Assembly: GCA_002269645.1 (NCBI GenBank)
Contig: NIVC01002499.1
Coordinates: 1 to 64,000 of the forward strand
DNA from: Macrostomum lignano
Lineage: Eukaryota
Length of the DNA stretch: 64,000 bases
Direction of reading: 5' to 3'
The translations under genes and the position numbers were made by a program. Below are positions 25,602 to 37,900 of the stretch, in pieces. The notes below the pieces were generated by a model that ran no database searches, was not told the origin of the DNA, and saw nothing but the letters and a program-made list of their open reading frames with translations. Numbering within the stretch: the first letter of the stretch is position 1; every line of letters starts with the position of its first letter.

Positions 25602-26320
25602 TAGGGGTCACAAAATCCTGGATTCTGTCAATCCTAGGATCCTAGGATTAGGAAACGTCAAATCCCAGGATCCCAGGATTAATATTTTTCCAGTACCATC
25701 CTTGTCGTAACATTGTTATAATGTTATAACAACACTGCGAATTACTTTTTTATCACATGACTAACATGAGAACATTTGCAAGTTGCAAGTAATAAATCTA
25801 TATACATGTATTACATACTATGTAGTAGCACTAGCAGTATGCACATTGCAAAACAAATGCATATGACTTGTCACTTGTGGACATGGTCATGGAGTTGTTG
25901 GCCCGTGGCATGAGGCACACTCACAAAGTCACAAGGAGTCACAACGACTCACAGTCACAATACAAGTCACAACCTACTACCACCTGGGCATTCACGTTGT
26001 CACTTGTCAGTCTGGAGTCTGGACTCATATGTCCTATAAGTTCAAACTTTAAAATCAAATCTCAACGTTAAATGATTTAAACAAGACTCAACTCAAACAA
26101 CATTAAAGACCTTACAAAGTGGGCAACGGAGAATGGACATGTATGCGTGTATATTCCATATTTGAACTAACTGCCATTTTATGATAAAATAGCAATTATA
26201 TTAGACATTATAAAAACATAGCATTAACATTCCCAGATTGAATCCTGACCCTATGAATCTTGAGATCCCAGGATCCCAGAAAAAGTGCTAAATCCCAGGA
26301 TCCCAGGATTGTGACCCCTA
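25602..26320. mobile_element. hAT-like MITE
   Basis: Perfect 12-bp TIR TAGGGGTCACAA. Flanks ACTAAATA / ACTAAATG (7/8 TSD match). Subterminal ATCC(C/T)AGGATCC(C/T)AGGAT repeats at both ends. Confidence 0.75.
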
Positions 26321-26556
26321 ACTAAATGGCTTATCTAGTTATTCTTCTAGTTTGTTCTTCTACTTTCTACTTATTCTTTATTTGTGAGTAAAGATTACTA
26401 ATAGCAATTTGTATATTGCATGATCGTAGGGCCTAGGCCTAGCTTTTATTAACTAGGTCCAATGTGAGTTTATTAAGAATATATCATTTTTTAAGAAAAG
26501 CTAAATAAAATATAGACTAAAATAGGTTAATGACAACTAGGCCTATAGGGAGGAAA

Positions 26557-26939
26557 GGCATCACAAAGCTAAAAAATCATAGCTCCAAAAAGCACTTTCT
26601 ATTATAAACCTAAAATATTACAAACCCAAAATATCATAACTCCAAAATTGTTTGCAATGCACATTATAAACCAGAAAATTACAAACCCAAATAATTTGGG
26701 CCAATTATCCTAAAATATTATAAATCTAAAAGTTCTAGCAATGTCCAACACTATTTTAGTTTTTGGAATTATGATATTTTGGGTTTATGATAGGCATTGC
26801 TATTCTTTTTATTTTGGGTTTGTGATATTTTGGGTTTATGATACTTGATAGTTAGTGCCTTGGGAGTTTTGATTTTTTGGGTTTATGATACTTGATAGTA
26901 AGTGCCTTGGGAGTTTTGATTTTTTGGGTTTTTGATGGC
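26557..26939. mobile_element. Degenerate foldback-type MITE built from ATAAACCCAAAATATC / GATATTTTGGGTTTAT modules
   Basis: The left half carries aaacccaaaa modules and the right half their complement; the ends match imperfectly and no clear TSD is seen. Confidence 0.45.
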
Positions 26940-27015
26940 AACCTGGCCTATATACTGTATGTTGATACTATAGTACTGCTCATATAGACATAGTATATGC
27001 AACTTTGGTTCACGT

Positions 27016-27572
27016 NNNNNNNNNNNNNNNNNNNNNNNNNNNNNNNNNNNNNNNNNNNNNNNNNNNNNNNNNNNNNNNNNNNNNNNNNNNNNNNNNNNNN
27101 NNNNNNNNNNNNNNNNNNNNNNNNNNNNNNNNNNNNNNNNNNNNNNNNNNNNNNNNNNNNNNNNNNNNNNNNNNNNNNNNNNNNNNNNNNNNNNNNNNNN
27201 NNNNNNNNNNNNNNNNNNNNNNNNNNNNNNNNNNNNNNNNNNNNNNNNNNNNNNNNNNNNNNNNNNNNNNNNNNNNNNNNNNNNNNNNNNNNNNNNNNNN
27301 NNNNNNNNNNNNNNNNNNNNNNNNNNNNNNNNNNNNNNNNNNNNNNNNNNNNNNNNNNNNNNNNNNNNNNNNNNNNNNNNNNNNNNNNNNNNNNNNNNNN
27401 NNNNNNNNNNNNNNNNNNNNNNNNNNNNNNNNNNNNNNNNNNNNNNNNNNNNNNNNNNNNNNNNNNNNNNNNNNNNNNNNNNNNNNNNNNNNNNNNNNNN
27501 NNNNNNNNNNNNNNNNNNNNNNNNNNNNNNNNNNNNNNNNNNNNNNNNNNNNNNNNNNNNNNNNNNNNNNNN
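27016..27572. other. Assembly gap (557 N)
   Basis: Run of n. Confidence 1.
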
Positions 27573-28420
27573 AAAGAACGATTAAGTCTCAGAGCTTTCT
27601 TGAGTTAAGAACTTTGTTTTACGCCCCGTGGGCAAATGACTCAAGATATGCTATGGCTGGATTAGTCAACGATTACTCAAGTTCGTGTTTATTTATAATT
27701 AGTTGTTAAGCAAGCTAGGAAAATAGAAGGATATTATAATCACTACGCGAGCTTAATTCGGCGAAACCGCGGTGCTAAGCTACTGGATAAATAGGCTGGG
27801 TCAGAGGCTTAAACACACCAGCACAGAACAAAATAAAACGAAGACACTTAAATTAAAGTAGCAAGTAGATGAACAGCGCGAAAAATGGTGGTAAGGGCCG
27901 GGAGAAAAGAAAATTAAAAAATTCACGCAAAAATTAAGTTTTAAATAGGGCACAACCGGGATTTACTCCGACTGTCGGGTCCTCAAGTCCGGGGGGAGGG
28001 TAGTCGTAATCGTAGCTAAGCGGTCGTTAGCGGCACGGTCGTTCAAATGGTAGACACAGGAGATTCGTCACCGTAGATTAATATGCGTCAATTTGTCGAG
28101 CTAGTTACTTTCAGTAGGGTAGAGCTGCCACCACCGTAATTTACGTATTAAAGAACGATTAAGTCTCAGAGCTCAGAAAATAGAAGGATATTATAATCAC
28201 TACGCGAGCTTAATTCGGCGAAACCGCGGTGCTAAGCTACTGGATAAATAGGCTGGGTCAGAGGCTTAAACACACCAGCACAGAACAAAATAAAACGAAG
28301 ACACCTAAATCAAAGTAGCAAAGTAGATGAGCAGCGCGAAAAATGGTGGTAAGGGCCGGGGGAAAAGAAAATTAAAAAATTCACGCAAAAATTAAGTTTT
28401 AAATAGGGCACAACCGGGAT
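27573..28420. repeat. Partial tandem duplication next to the gap
   Basis: 27573-27596 = 28150-28173, and 27719-27962 matches 28176-28420 with about 5 differences. Confidence 0.8.
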
Positions 28421-29599
28421 AACATCGCTTGGAACAATAAACGAAAAAAAAGTGCCCGAAAAGGGATAACAGCAGATGGACGCCCAAAAAGCAAAGGGGA
28501 GAAGAGGAAAAACAGACTAGGCAACGCAGGGAAAACAAACAATCCAGTGAGGGGAGAGCGACAAAAACGAAACGGGACGGGGGAAACTGACGAAACACGT
28601 CCCAGGGAGGGAAAAATAGTTCCGGGATTGGAAAATAGTTAACCGCGCACGTAAACATGCAATTTGAGATATTAAAAATAATTAAATTTTCGCCAGTTAT
28701 TAATAAACCGAAGTAATCATGCAGGAGCAGCCACCTGCCACATTCACTCCGAGTGAAAAAGTTCTGACCGATTCAAACAACTTTTACGTGACTGACGAGT
28801 AATCTTATACAGCTGCTAAGCTCCTTAGGCTTAGGGACAGAGTAGCCGTGGTTTTAGCTAAGTGTTCTGAGTCAATTCTGCTTCTTTGAATAGCTTACAG
28901 ATCTAATCTAAACTTGCAGACTGCATGGAAGTCGGGAGAGTTGGAATTCCTAAACCTTGAAAAAACTTCGAAAACTACTCATTAAGCTTTCTTGCTTTGA
29001 GTACTACTAAGTACTACTAATAAGTAGCAGTTCACTGCCACTACCGCGACTGCGCGGAAAAGAAATATTTATTCTGCAGTTTTATTGTTTTGTTGTTACA
29101 AGACTATAATTTCTCAGGCAAAATCCGATCCTTGAATCTAATGGTATTGCAATAAAAAAATTAAAAAAATCACAAGTCACAAAAAGTTAAAAAAAATTTT
29201 TGAAAATGCGCTGCATGCTTCTGCTATTGAATTAATCATTTAAAACAGAGATCGTTCCTACTTTATTAATTGCTTCAAGTTGGTGAAATCGCTAATCAAA
29301 TTAAACTGTTACCAAATAACTAAAAGGAGATGGCTAGTAGGAGGGGGACTGAAGGACTTCAGATATGGGTCTTCTTGCATGTGAACAAGATCAGTCAAAA
29401 TTTGGGTCAGGATTGGGAAGTCCCAAGCTTGGGAGCGGCAGAGCGGGTACTATTAGTACAGATGAACAGAAAATTTAGGCGGGGAACGTGAAAAAAGAAA
29501 AAACGGTGGAAAGAAGCGAGCAAACGCTGGGCAGCAACGACGCGCGGAGCAAAGGAGATGGCGGGGGGGGGCACAGGCAGGAGATCGAGGAACAAGGCA

Positions 29600-31150
29600 A
29601 GTGAAAACTTAAATTGACTTCAGCTGTTGGATGCTGGATATGCAGAATCGAACCCCATGTATGCAAGCTATAGCTGAAGGCGGTGGTGTCTCGACCGAGC
29701 AGTGTGCATGGTTCCCCTGCCTTTGGTGATGTAGGATTTACCACCTTTTGTCTGCTACTTGCGGTGCTCACGAGGTCGCCGACACTTTAATAAGACTTGG
29801 AAAGGCGTCGTTAGGCCCGAAGCTGAAATTTGAATTAATGGTGCTACGCATCCCAACATTCTTAGTCGCCCGAAGTTCTTCTCGCACCGGGGCTCCGCCG
29901 TCCACCTGTATGATGAAGTCCTATAGCCCTTGATCCTCTGGAGAGTTAAAGGATCATTGCGTCGTGGCGTAGTATATTCTTGCGACTGGATAGTGAAGGT
30001 CTCTTCAACTAGTGGATCGTAGTTGATGAAGATCGCCTTAACTTATTTGTCAACTTGTCAGTGTAATTGATGCTGGTAAAACGATACACTTTGATCGTGC
30101 CATCCAGTTTGAAAATATTATCCACCATATCAACGCGTCCCAACAAGCAAAAGCTAAAGGGCACAACCCCAGCCTCAGCCAATGAGAAGTTGCCATGTAC
30201 CATCCAAATTATTCCTCGATGCGAAAGACTTATGCAATATAAACCACTGTTAAGACAAAGCAAGAAGCCTCGCCTTTTTCTTTCGCTTTCGCCCTTTTCC
30301 TATTTGGCAATTACTTATTAATCCTCGCCAAACTTTGACTCGATTCGATCGAATAACAGAAGCTTAACGACAAAACTAAGCTACTCGATGTTTCTTACTT
30401 GAAAGTTGAAACATCTCCCGATATAGCTCTTATTTTATCTTTTGTAAGTTAATATCACTGAGAATACAATTCGGTCTGTAAGTAAAGACATGTATCTCGT
30501 GTTTGATACTCCGGAAAATTTCGTTGAATTCGCCGCTTAAGTTATTTGGTTTACATATACATTGAGAAATGAATTTGTTATTCACAGAGCCATAGCAGTG
30601 AGGACACTCCAGAAGATCCAGGACACCCCAAACGTAATAAAATAGCTGATCACTGGAGCTTGTCTGAGGACTGCAGGCTTTGGCGAGGTGATTTGGCTTG
30701 CCGTGTGCATCGCAGATTTTGCTACGTTGCATGAGCTGTCTCCGCGCTCACCACATCAAGAGCAGGCGCGGTGGGTCCGCTGTTTGTTGCCCCCCCCCCC
30801 GTGACCCGCTGACTATTCGGTCGCATTCCGCTGTCTCTGAACTGTTCTCGATCCCGCTCTGCACGCGTGCACTGCTGCGGTGCTACCGGAGTTTCGATGG
30901 CTGTCTCTTCTGCTGCTTCAAACGCGTCCACTTGTTTCAACGCATCGCTGAGAGAGATGTTTGGACTCCTGCAGCAATCTTCACTGAAGTTCAGCAGATC
31001 AGTATGAATTGTCACTATCTGATCCACTGATTAGCAAGTCTCTGGAATGTTGCGCATTCGCATGTCTCAGCCGCTGAATTGAGTCGGGAGTACCAGGGAG
31101 TCACCGGCTCTCCGGTTTGCCAAACAGACGAAACCATGTTCTGTGTGCTG
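29600..31150 (-). mobile_element. Decayed Ty3/Gypsy-like LTR retrotransposon remnant (gag with zinc knuckle; possible integrase C-terminal fragment)
   Basis: SAAETCECATF..WIR/DQIV, ISLSDALKQVDAFEAA and ICDAHGKPNHLAKAC (degenerate CCHC) across frameshifts. VGDLV..SPKAGEPCT..SYSL near 29780-29650 resembles a GPY/F module. No RT and no LTR pair found. Confidence 0.5.
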
Positions 31151-31914
31151 ACCGTGTGACCTTGAGAGCGTATTTCTTGTTTCTCTTGTCTATGTGCGCG
31201 TACATTGTAATTCGCATTTTTTGTATAAATTCGAAACAATTGTGTTTTGAGTGAACTTTACATTTTAAAAGAGAGAATGCTTAGGTCTCAAAGTCTCGAA
31301 TGCAAAAAGCTGAATTCGAAGCTCAGAACCGTTGCATTCCGCGCTTCCATGCTTATAAATTTCCAGCCGCAAAAGTTGAACTAAATTGAGCTATATAAAA
31401 TAGATTCATTGGACCAATCAAAGGAGCCGAGCCGTGCCATTTTAATGATTTTTATAGGCACAAGAAATATGCGATTGTACGTAAAACAAGAATTTAACAT
31501 AGAATCATTTTTTTAACAAAAAGCTTTATGAATTATGAATATCAATAGAGCTATAGAGCTAAGAAAGGCAAAACATATCAAAAGATGAACATTGGGTCTG
31601 CCTCCCATCGAAAGAAATAATTAACAGTTTTAATATGAAAGAAGTGAAAGAGTTTCTATTTCCGTCAGTGTATTTTTCGGCGAAAACCGGCCTCATTTTC
31701 TAAGAAACATAGCTTCCTTTCCTGCTAGTTGAATATAGTCCTTGGGCATAGCCTTAATCTACGGATAGTCTATGGTCAAGTCCGATCATTTCCTGTTCTA
31801 CGCGCTCGTCTCTATTGATCAACAATAATAGTATGCTCTGCTTAAAAAAAGCTTAAAAACTAACAAATAAACGCTGCTGGTTGATAGTGCAACATAATTA
31901 ACACAGCCGACGAA

Positions 31915-32592
31915 ATGCAACAGCCCTGGAGCTACAATCTGGGAATGAGCTTTCAATGCGGCAACGAAGCTTGCAACGCAAGTGGCTGTGACGGGGATAA
32001 CTATGACGACGGCTGCGGATCGGCGGCAATGCAGCCATACTCTGTAAATCCCGAGCTCATGTTCCCGCAGCAGCTTTACAGCTCTGACTGTCAGCAGCAG
32101 GATCTGATGGAGCAGTTTCAGCAGCAGCAGCAGCAACAGGAGCAGCCACTGATGAATTTGTTGGCACCAAACGACTTTCTTATGATGCAGTTGTTCCAGC
32201 CGCAGCCGGAACAGCCGGAACAGCCGGACGATAACGAGATTTTTGGTGGTGGCGGCGGAATGTGCAGCGCACTGGGCTGCTGCGGAATGGCGCAGTCTGG
32301 CGAAACGGATGGCATGCAGGCCGGCGGCTGGCCGTTGCAGATATCGATGGCATCAAGCGACATGCAGTTCGGCTTGCAGCCCATCTGCTCGAACGGCGAA
32401 TGCGAGGGCGGCGGCTCCGAGATGTGCTGCAGCTTTCAGAGCGACAGTAACGGAGACAGCGGTGGCGGTGGCGGCGGCTCCGAGATGTGCTGCGGCTTTG
32501 GAAGCGACAGCAGCGTTGGCGGCCTCTCCATGGCGAATTTCAGCGGCTGGAACCCGTGGCAGCGTGCCGTGGGGATGCTGCCCGACATCTGA
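31915..32592 (+). CDS. Orphan 225-aa low-complexity Cys/Gly/Gln/Met/Ser-rich protein
   Basis: GC-rich ORF island in AT-rich DNA, poly-Q, internal repeat GGGSEMCC(S/G)F. No recognisable domain or signal peptide. Confidence 0.55.
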   Translation: MQQPWSYNLGMSFQCGNEACNASGCDGDNYDDGCGSAAMQPYSVNPELMFPQQLYSSDCQQQDLMEQFQQQQQQQEQPLMNLLAPNDFLMMQLFQPQPEQPEQPDDNEIFGGGGGMCSALGCCGMAQSGETDGMQAGGWPLQISMASSDMQFGLQPICSNGECEGGGSEMCCSFQSDSNGDSGGGGGGSEMCCGFGSDSSVGGLSMANFSGWNPWQRAVGMLPDI

Positions 32593-33109
32593 TCTTCTAA
32601 TCAGAATGATCTGGGAGTGTGGGAGATGCCGGTGCAATTGTTCGAGAAATTAATAATATTATGATTATTATGCATCACTGTGGGCGAGTGGCGCCATAAG
32701 CTACTAGCAGCCCAGGTCCAGAGAGTAGAACAATGCCACGATGGCGAACTGCAACTGCACAAACGTAGCACATTCCGAAAGCAGCTGACCCCACAGAGGT
32801 AGCACGCGTATTTTATTTAAATACAGAGAATAACCGCAATGTTTTTTTCGCCCATGGCTGCATGATGTACAATAGAATTCTGCATTATATTCAATTAAAG
32901 TTTTGAGTAATTTGTGTCGCTCTGTACATGCAAGTCTTATGTGAGTCGAAAATTTAAAATTAAAAAAACTAAATGTGTCACTTTCAACGGGCTCGAAATG
33001 TAATAGCAAAGTCGATCTTCACATAATCGAAAAGTCACATTTGCCAGCTTAGAAGTATCTGATTTCAATAATATATGTAAACATTCGACCTTATGAACTT
33101 GAGCACTTG

Positions 33110-34778
33110 TGTGCCGCCCGCGCCCGCTGCGGCGTTCTGGCGGCGCTGTCTGGCAGCAACTGGGGCGCCAAGCAGAGTGACGTGCGCCAGCTCTACACGG
33201 CCTACGTGCGGCCGGTGCTGGAGTACGCTGCCGCCTAGGCCTGCAGCGCTTCAGACGCTGGCCGCCGTCTTGCGCCAGCCGCGGGCGCTTTAAAGGCGGC
33301 GGCGGGGGCCGACGCTGGCCGCGCAGGCGCGCAGCGGGTTGTTGGGCGGCAGCCTGAGGGCGCGCTCGTGGAGGAGGCCGGCGTGCATCTCCGCACGGAC
33401 TGCCATCGGCGGAACCTCGCCTGCCGGCGCTTGAATGCCGACGGCCTGCAAGACGGCTATCGACCACCTGGACCGGACCCAGCGCCGCGGAAAACCAGGT
33501 CGGAGGTGCTGGAGCGCGAGGCTGGGCTGCCGCCGATGGCAGTCCGTGCGGAGATGCACGCCGGCCTCCTCCACGAGCGCGCCCTCAGGCTGCCGCCCAA
33601 CAACCCGCTGCGCGCCTGCGCGGCCAGCGTCGGCCTGCGCCGCCGCCTCCAAAGCATCCGCGGCTGGCGCGAGACGGCGGCCAGCGTCTGCAGCGCTGCG
33701 GGCCTAGGCGGCTACCTGCGAGAGATCGTCCACGCTGTCCCGACGACACCTCCCTGGGCTGACCTGGACTCCGTCACCTTCGGGCTGCAGCTGGCCTCCA
33801 CGACCTCGCGGGGGAACCTGCCGGAGGCCCGGAGAGCTGCGGCGGAGCAGACGCTCGCCGCCCTGCCGCCCGCCCGCACCGTGGTCTGGACCGACGGAGC
33901 GGTGAAGGACGGCGTCCTGGACGGCGGCATCGGCGTCCTGGTCGAGCCCAACACCACGCTGTGCGTCGCTGCTGGCCATGTGACGTCTAGTTTCCACGCC
34001 GAGCTAGTAGCCATCGCTGAGGCCCTCCGGTGGGTGCTCGCGGCCCCGGACCCTGCAGAGCTGTCGCCGGTCAGCATCTGCTCGGACTCCCTGAGCGCGC
34101 TTACCGCGCTCGCGTCCGGCCCCGGGTCGGCGAGGAACCTCGGTACACCTGCAGTGGGTGTCTGGCCACGCGGGAATCCCCGGCAACGAGGCCGTGGACG
34201 AGGTCACCAAGCGAGGCTCCACGCTGGCGCAAGGCGCCGCGCTCGTCCCGTTTGCTGCTGCGCAGGCTGCCGTCCGCCACCACTGCCTCACCCGCTGGCA
34301 CCAGACCTACCACGCGGAGGACACCGAGGCGGCGAGCACAAGCTCGCTGGCCTGGCACCTCACCTGCACGGCGGGCCGCCTTCGCCGACGAGAGACCTCA
34401 CGCGGCGGCAGGAGCGGCTGATTTGCTAGCTGCGCGCCGACCGCTGCCCGGCCCTGCGGGGCTTCCAGGCCGCCATCGGCGTTGAAGTGGCCCCTACCTG
34501 CCGCTTTTGTGGCGATGGAGAGGAGACGGCGGCCCATCTGCTGATCTCCTGCCCAAGGACAACTTAAGTAGCTTCAGTAACGTAACTTCAGTTGTCCTTG
34601 CTCCTGCCCCGCCCAGACATCACACACCGCTGCCGCCTCTAGGGGCCAATCCCGGAGCCCGCGGCAGTCTTCGAGAACTGCACCGCGGTGTTGAACTTCC
34701 TCGGGAAGGCGGGCGCCATCTGACGCCCGCGGTGCCATGGGCCCTGGCCCGAGCGCGCCCGAATGGAAGAAGAAGAAG
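33110..34778 (+). mobile_element. 5'-truncated, decayed non-LTR retrotransposon of an RNase H-bearing clade (I/Ingi/Tad1-like)
   Basis: LYTAYVRPVLEYAAA (RT thumb). RNase H: WTDGAV, SSFHAELVAI, ICSDSLSAL, WVSGHAGIPGNEAVD. CCHC: CRFCG..ETAAHLLISCP. Ends AVLNFLGKAGAI* then a (GAA)n tail. Frameshifted. Confidence 0.85.
34554..34600. mobile_element. 47-bp P-superfamily-type excision footprint / minimal element inside the LINE
   Basis: 8-bp TSD CTCCTGCC (34546-53, 34601-08). 16-bp inverted ends CAAGGACAACT(T/G)AAGT with a 15-bp filler. Confidence 0.8.
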
Positions 34779-34929
34779 CTTGTGAACCAGACCTACAATT
34801 GCGATGCTGATTTTTTCGCAAAGCTATTTTAGTGGGGCGTCCCCTGAAGAGGAGGGGAGGCATTTTTTGCCTGAAAAAAATTGTACAAATGTTGCAGCTT
34901 CTTTTTACCACCAGCTTGAAAATTAAAGC

Positions 34930-37900
34930 CGAAAAGACGGTCTCTTACTGCGAAGACTCAATTTATTGCGTGCCATCTTGAGCCATTTCATTTGGACACC
35001 TGTGCAAATAGTGCTGACACCTCCTGGCATCGCGGCCAGATCACCAGGCCGCGGATGACCTCGGTTGGCTCGGACGGCCGCGCGTCGGCTGCGGCAGCAA
35101 AGCTCAGCACAGCAGGGACTCGCAGAGGACAGCGCAGCGCGCAACGCCACACTGAGCGGCAGCGCGAGCGCAACCGGCGAGGGCGACTCCGTGGCGCGGC
35201 CAGGCGCCTGTTGTCCCCAGTCGCTGTTATTTCAACTATGGATCCTCCGGGTGGCGCCGGGGACCATGAGGCCAACCTCCATCTGGTCCCAGCTGTACCA
35301 GGTGGCCGTCTCAGACTCGGCACGATGAACTGCCGAACTCTGAAGGCCCCCTGGCGTCGCACCATCCTTGTCCAGCTGGCCCACGGCCTACAGCTGGACC
35401 TCGTCTTGCTGCAGGATGTTTCTATCGTGGCTGAGCCGGGGCTCCACTCTGAGGACCTCGGAGCCGGCTGGAGCCTCCTGTACACGTCGGCAGACAACCG
35501 CGGCCGGGGCGGTGTCGGCTTGCTGATCGGACCACGCCTCCAGCAGAGCGTGCACTGCATCTCGCTGTTCCAGCGACTGATGCGGGTCGACCTGCGACTG
35601 CGCGCCTGCTGCATCCGGCTGTTCTGCGCGTATGCACCCACCGCTGCTCACCCCGAGGAGGCTCGTGCCTTCTTCGAGTTCCTGGCTGGGCAGCTCGAAG
35701 AGGTGCCAAACCGCGACACGCTGGCAGTGCTCGGAGACCTGAACGCAGTCCCGCGCAGGTCCGAGCGCTCGCCCTTTGTCGCGGGACGCGAGAACGCCAA
35801 CAGCGATGCGCTGGAGGACCTGCTTGACCGACTGGATCTGGTGTCCGCGAACACCCAGTCCCGCAAGCTTCCTGCCCGCCTGGTCACCTTTGCGGGCTGC
35901 AAGAGAAGGCGGCGGAACGCACGCGGGCGGAATGCCACGAGGAGACTGGCGGAACTCGATCATGCGCGGGTTCGCACTCGCGAGCGCTGCCGCCGCGTCA
36001 CCAACTGCGACACCATGGCTCCGCTGGCTCTCCGGTCAGACCACCGACTCCTGATCTGCAACTTGCGGCTCCGCGACCAGCTCTACCGACCGCCAAAGGA
36101 GCGGCCACGGTGCTACTATCGCGCACTGTTGGACACCCGCGTGAAGCGTCAATTCGCGGGTGTCTTCGTCGGCGCGCTTGGAGACCAGCGCGAGGCGAAG
36201 TATTCCGACATCAGCACCGCCGTTAGAGCCGCTGCAGAGCAGACGGTCCCGCTGATGCGGCCAGCGCAGAAATCGCTGCCTGTCTGGCAGAGCGACCCCA
36301 TCATCAGGCAGGCGCGGCTCAACATCGAGGCCCACAGGCGACGCTGAAGACGCATTTGAGCGCCTTTTTGACGAGCGGCAGCAGGTCGCTTTCGACGACG
36401 CCATTAGGTCCATCACTGCAGCCGGCCCCGATGTGAAGAGCCACGCAGTGTGGACGGCCGTCCGGATTCTGACGGGGCGCAAAAAGCGCGTGGCGCTGAA
36501 CCTAGCCGGCGACACCCCGGAGGAGCGCAGGAATGAATTGCGCGACTTCTTCGCCGGCATCGTGAACGCTCCCGCGTCGCCGCTGCCCGCCAGCTTTGCG
36601 CTCCCACTGGACACGCCGCTCCCAGCTGAGGAGGACTTCTGCACCAGACCAGTCACCACGGAGGACGTTGTGCTGTTCGCTCAGAAAACATCAAGCGGCA
36701 AGGCGCTCAGCTCCGACGAAGTCCCGGCCGAAGCGCTGCGGCTCCGCTGTGTGGCCTCCCAGGTCACAGGCGTCATGAACCGCGTGCTCGCCGGCGCTCC
36801 TGCGCCTACCGAGTGGACCGTCGCGCACATCGTGCCGATCCCAAAGAAGGCAGGGACAACGCGGAAAGAAGACCCCCGCGGGATCTCGCTGATGTCCTGC
36901 ACCGCAAAGCTCTTCAACCGGCTGCTGCTCGATCGTCTGCAGTCGGTGCTGGACCCGTACCTGCGGTACGAGCAGTACGGATTCCGGCCGCAACGCGGTA
37001 CAGTGACACAGATCCTCGCACTCCACCGTGTCATCGAGGAGGCGCGCATCCGCCAGTCTACGCTGATCATTGTCTTCGTTGACTTTCGAAAGGCGTTTGA
37101 CTCGGTGTTGAGAGCCGCGCTTCCCTTTGTCCTCGAGCCTACCGGGTACCCCAGCAGCTAATCGACGCTGTCATGGCGCTGTATTGCGATACTCGAGCTG
37201 CTGTGGTGACGGCGGACGGCCTGTCTGACCTGTTCGATACTTCATCAGGAGTTCTGCAGGGCGACACGCTAGCGCTGTTCCTCTTCGTGCTGCTGCTGAA
37301 CTGGGTGCTTCGGACCGCACTTCCCTCAGATAAAGACGGCTTCCTGCTGCGCAGACGCATCGGTCACCGCCACGGCGAAAAGCGCCTAAGCGTACCTAGC
37401 TACGCCGACGACCTCGCCCTCCTGTCCTCGTCCGTTGAAGGCGCCCAGCGCCAGACAGGCTGGTCGAAGTGGCATCGAGCGTCGGTCTGATCGTCAACAC
37501 GCTGAAGACCGAGCTGCTGACTGTGCCGGCCGACATCCCAGCGGACCTGACGTGCCGCGGCGCAGACGGGCAGACGACCAGGCTCGCACGCTGCCAGCGG
37601 TTCACCTACCTCGGCGGTCTGGTGCCCCACGTGGAAGAGGACCTCTGGCGGACTTGCCTTGCCGGCCTTTCGTTCGATCCGAGCCGTCCTCCAGTCCGAA
37701 GCGCTGCCCGACCGCCAGAGGGCTCGGCTGTGACAGGCGGTGGTCGAAACCGTCCTGCTATCGTGCTATACAACGCCGAGACGTGGACGCTGACGGATAC
37801 GCTAGAGCGGCAGCTGGACTCGGCGCACTCAGGGCTGCTCCGTGCAGCCTTTCGAGCTGACGAGAGCGTCGGGACCGAGGCCCAGTACGATGGGGCCAAA

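Noticed and set aside
26997-27709. Poly-X ORFs
   Set aside because: Artefacts of the N gap.
27735-27776. GAAACCGCGGT as a second hammerhead
   Set aside because: No CUGANGA core upstream on either strand.
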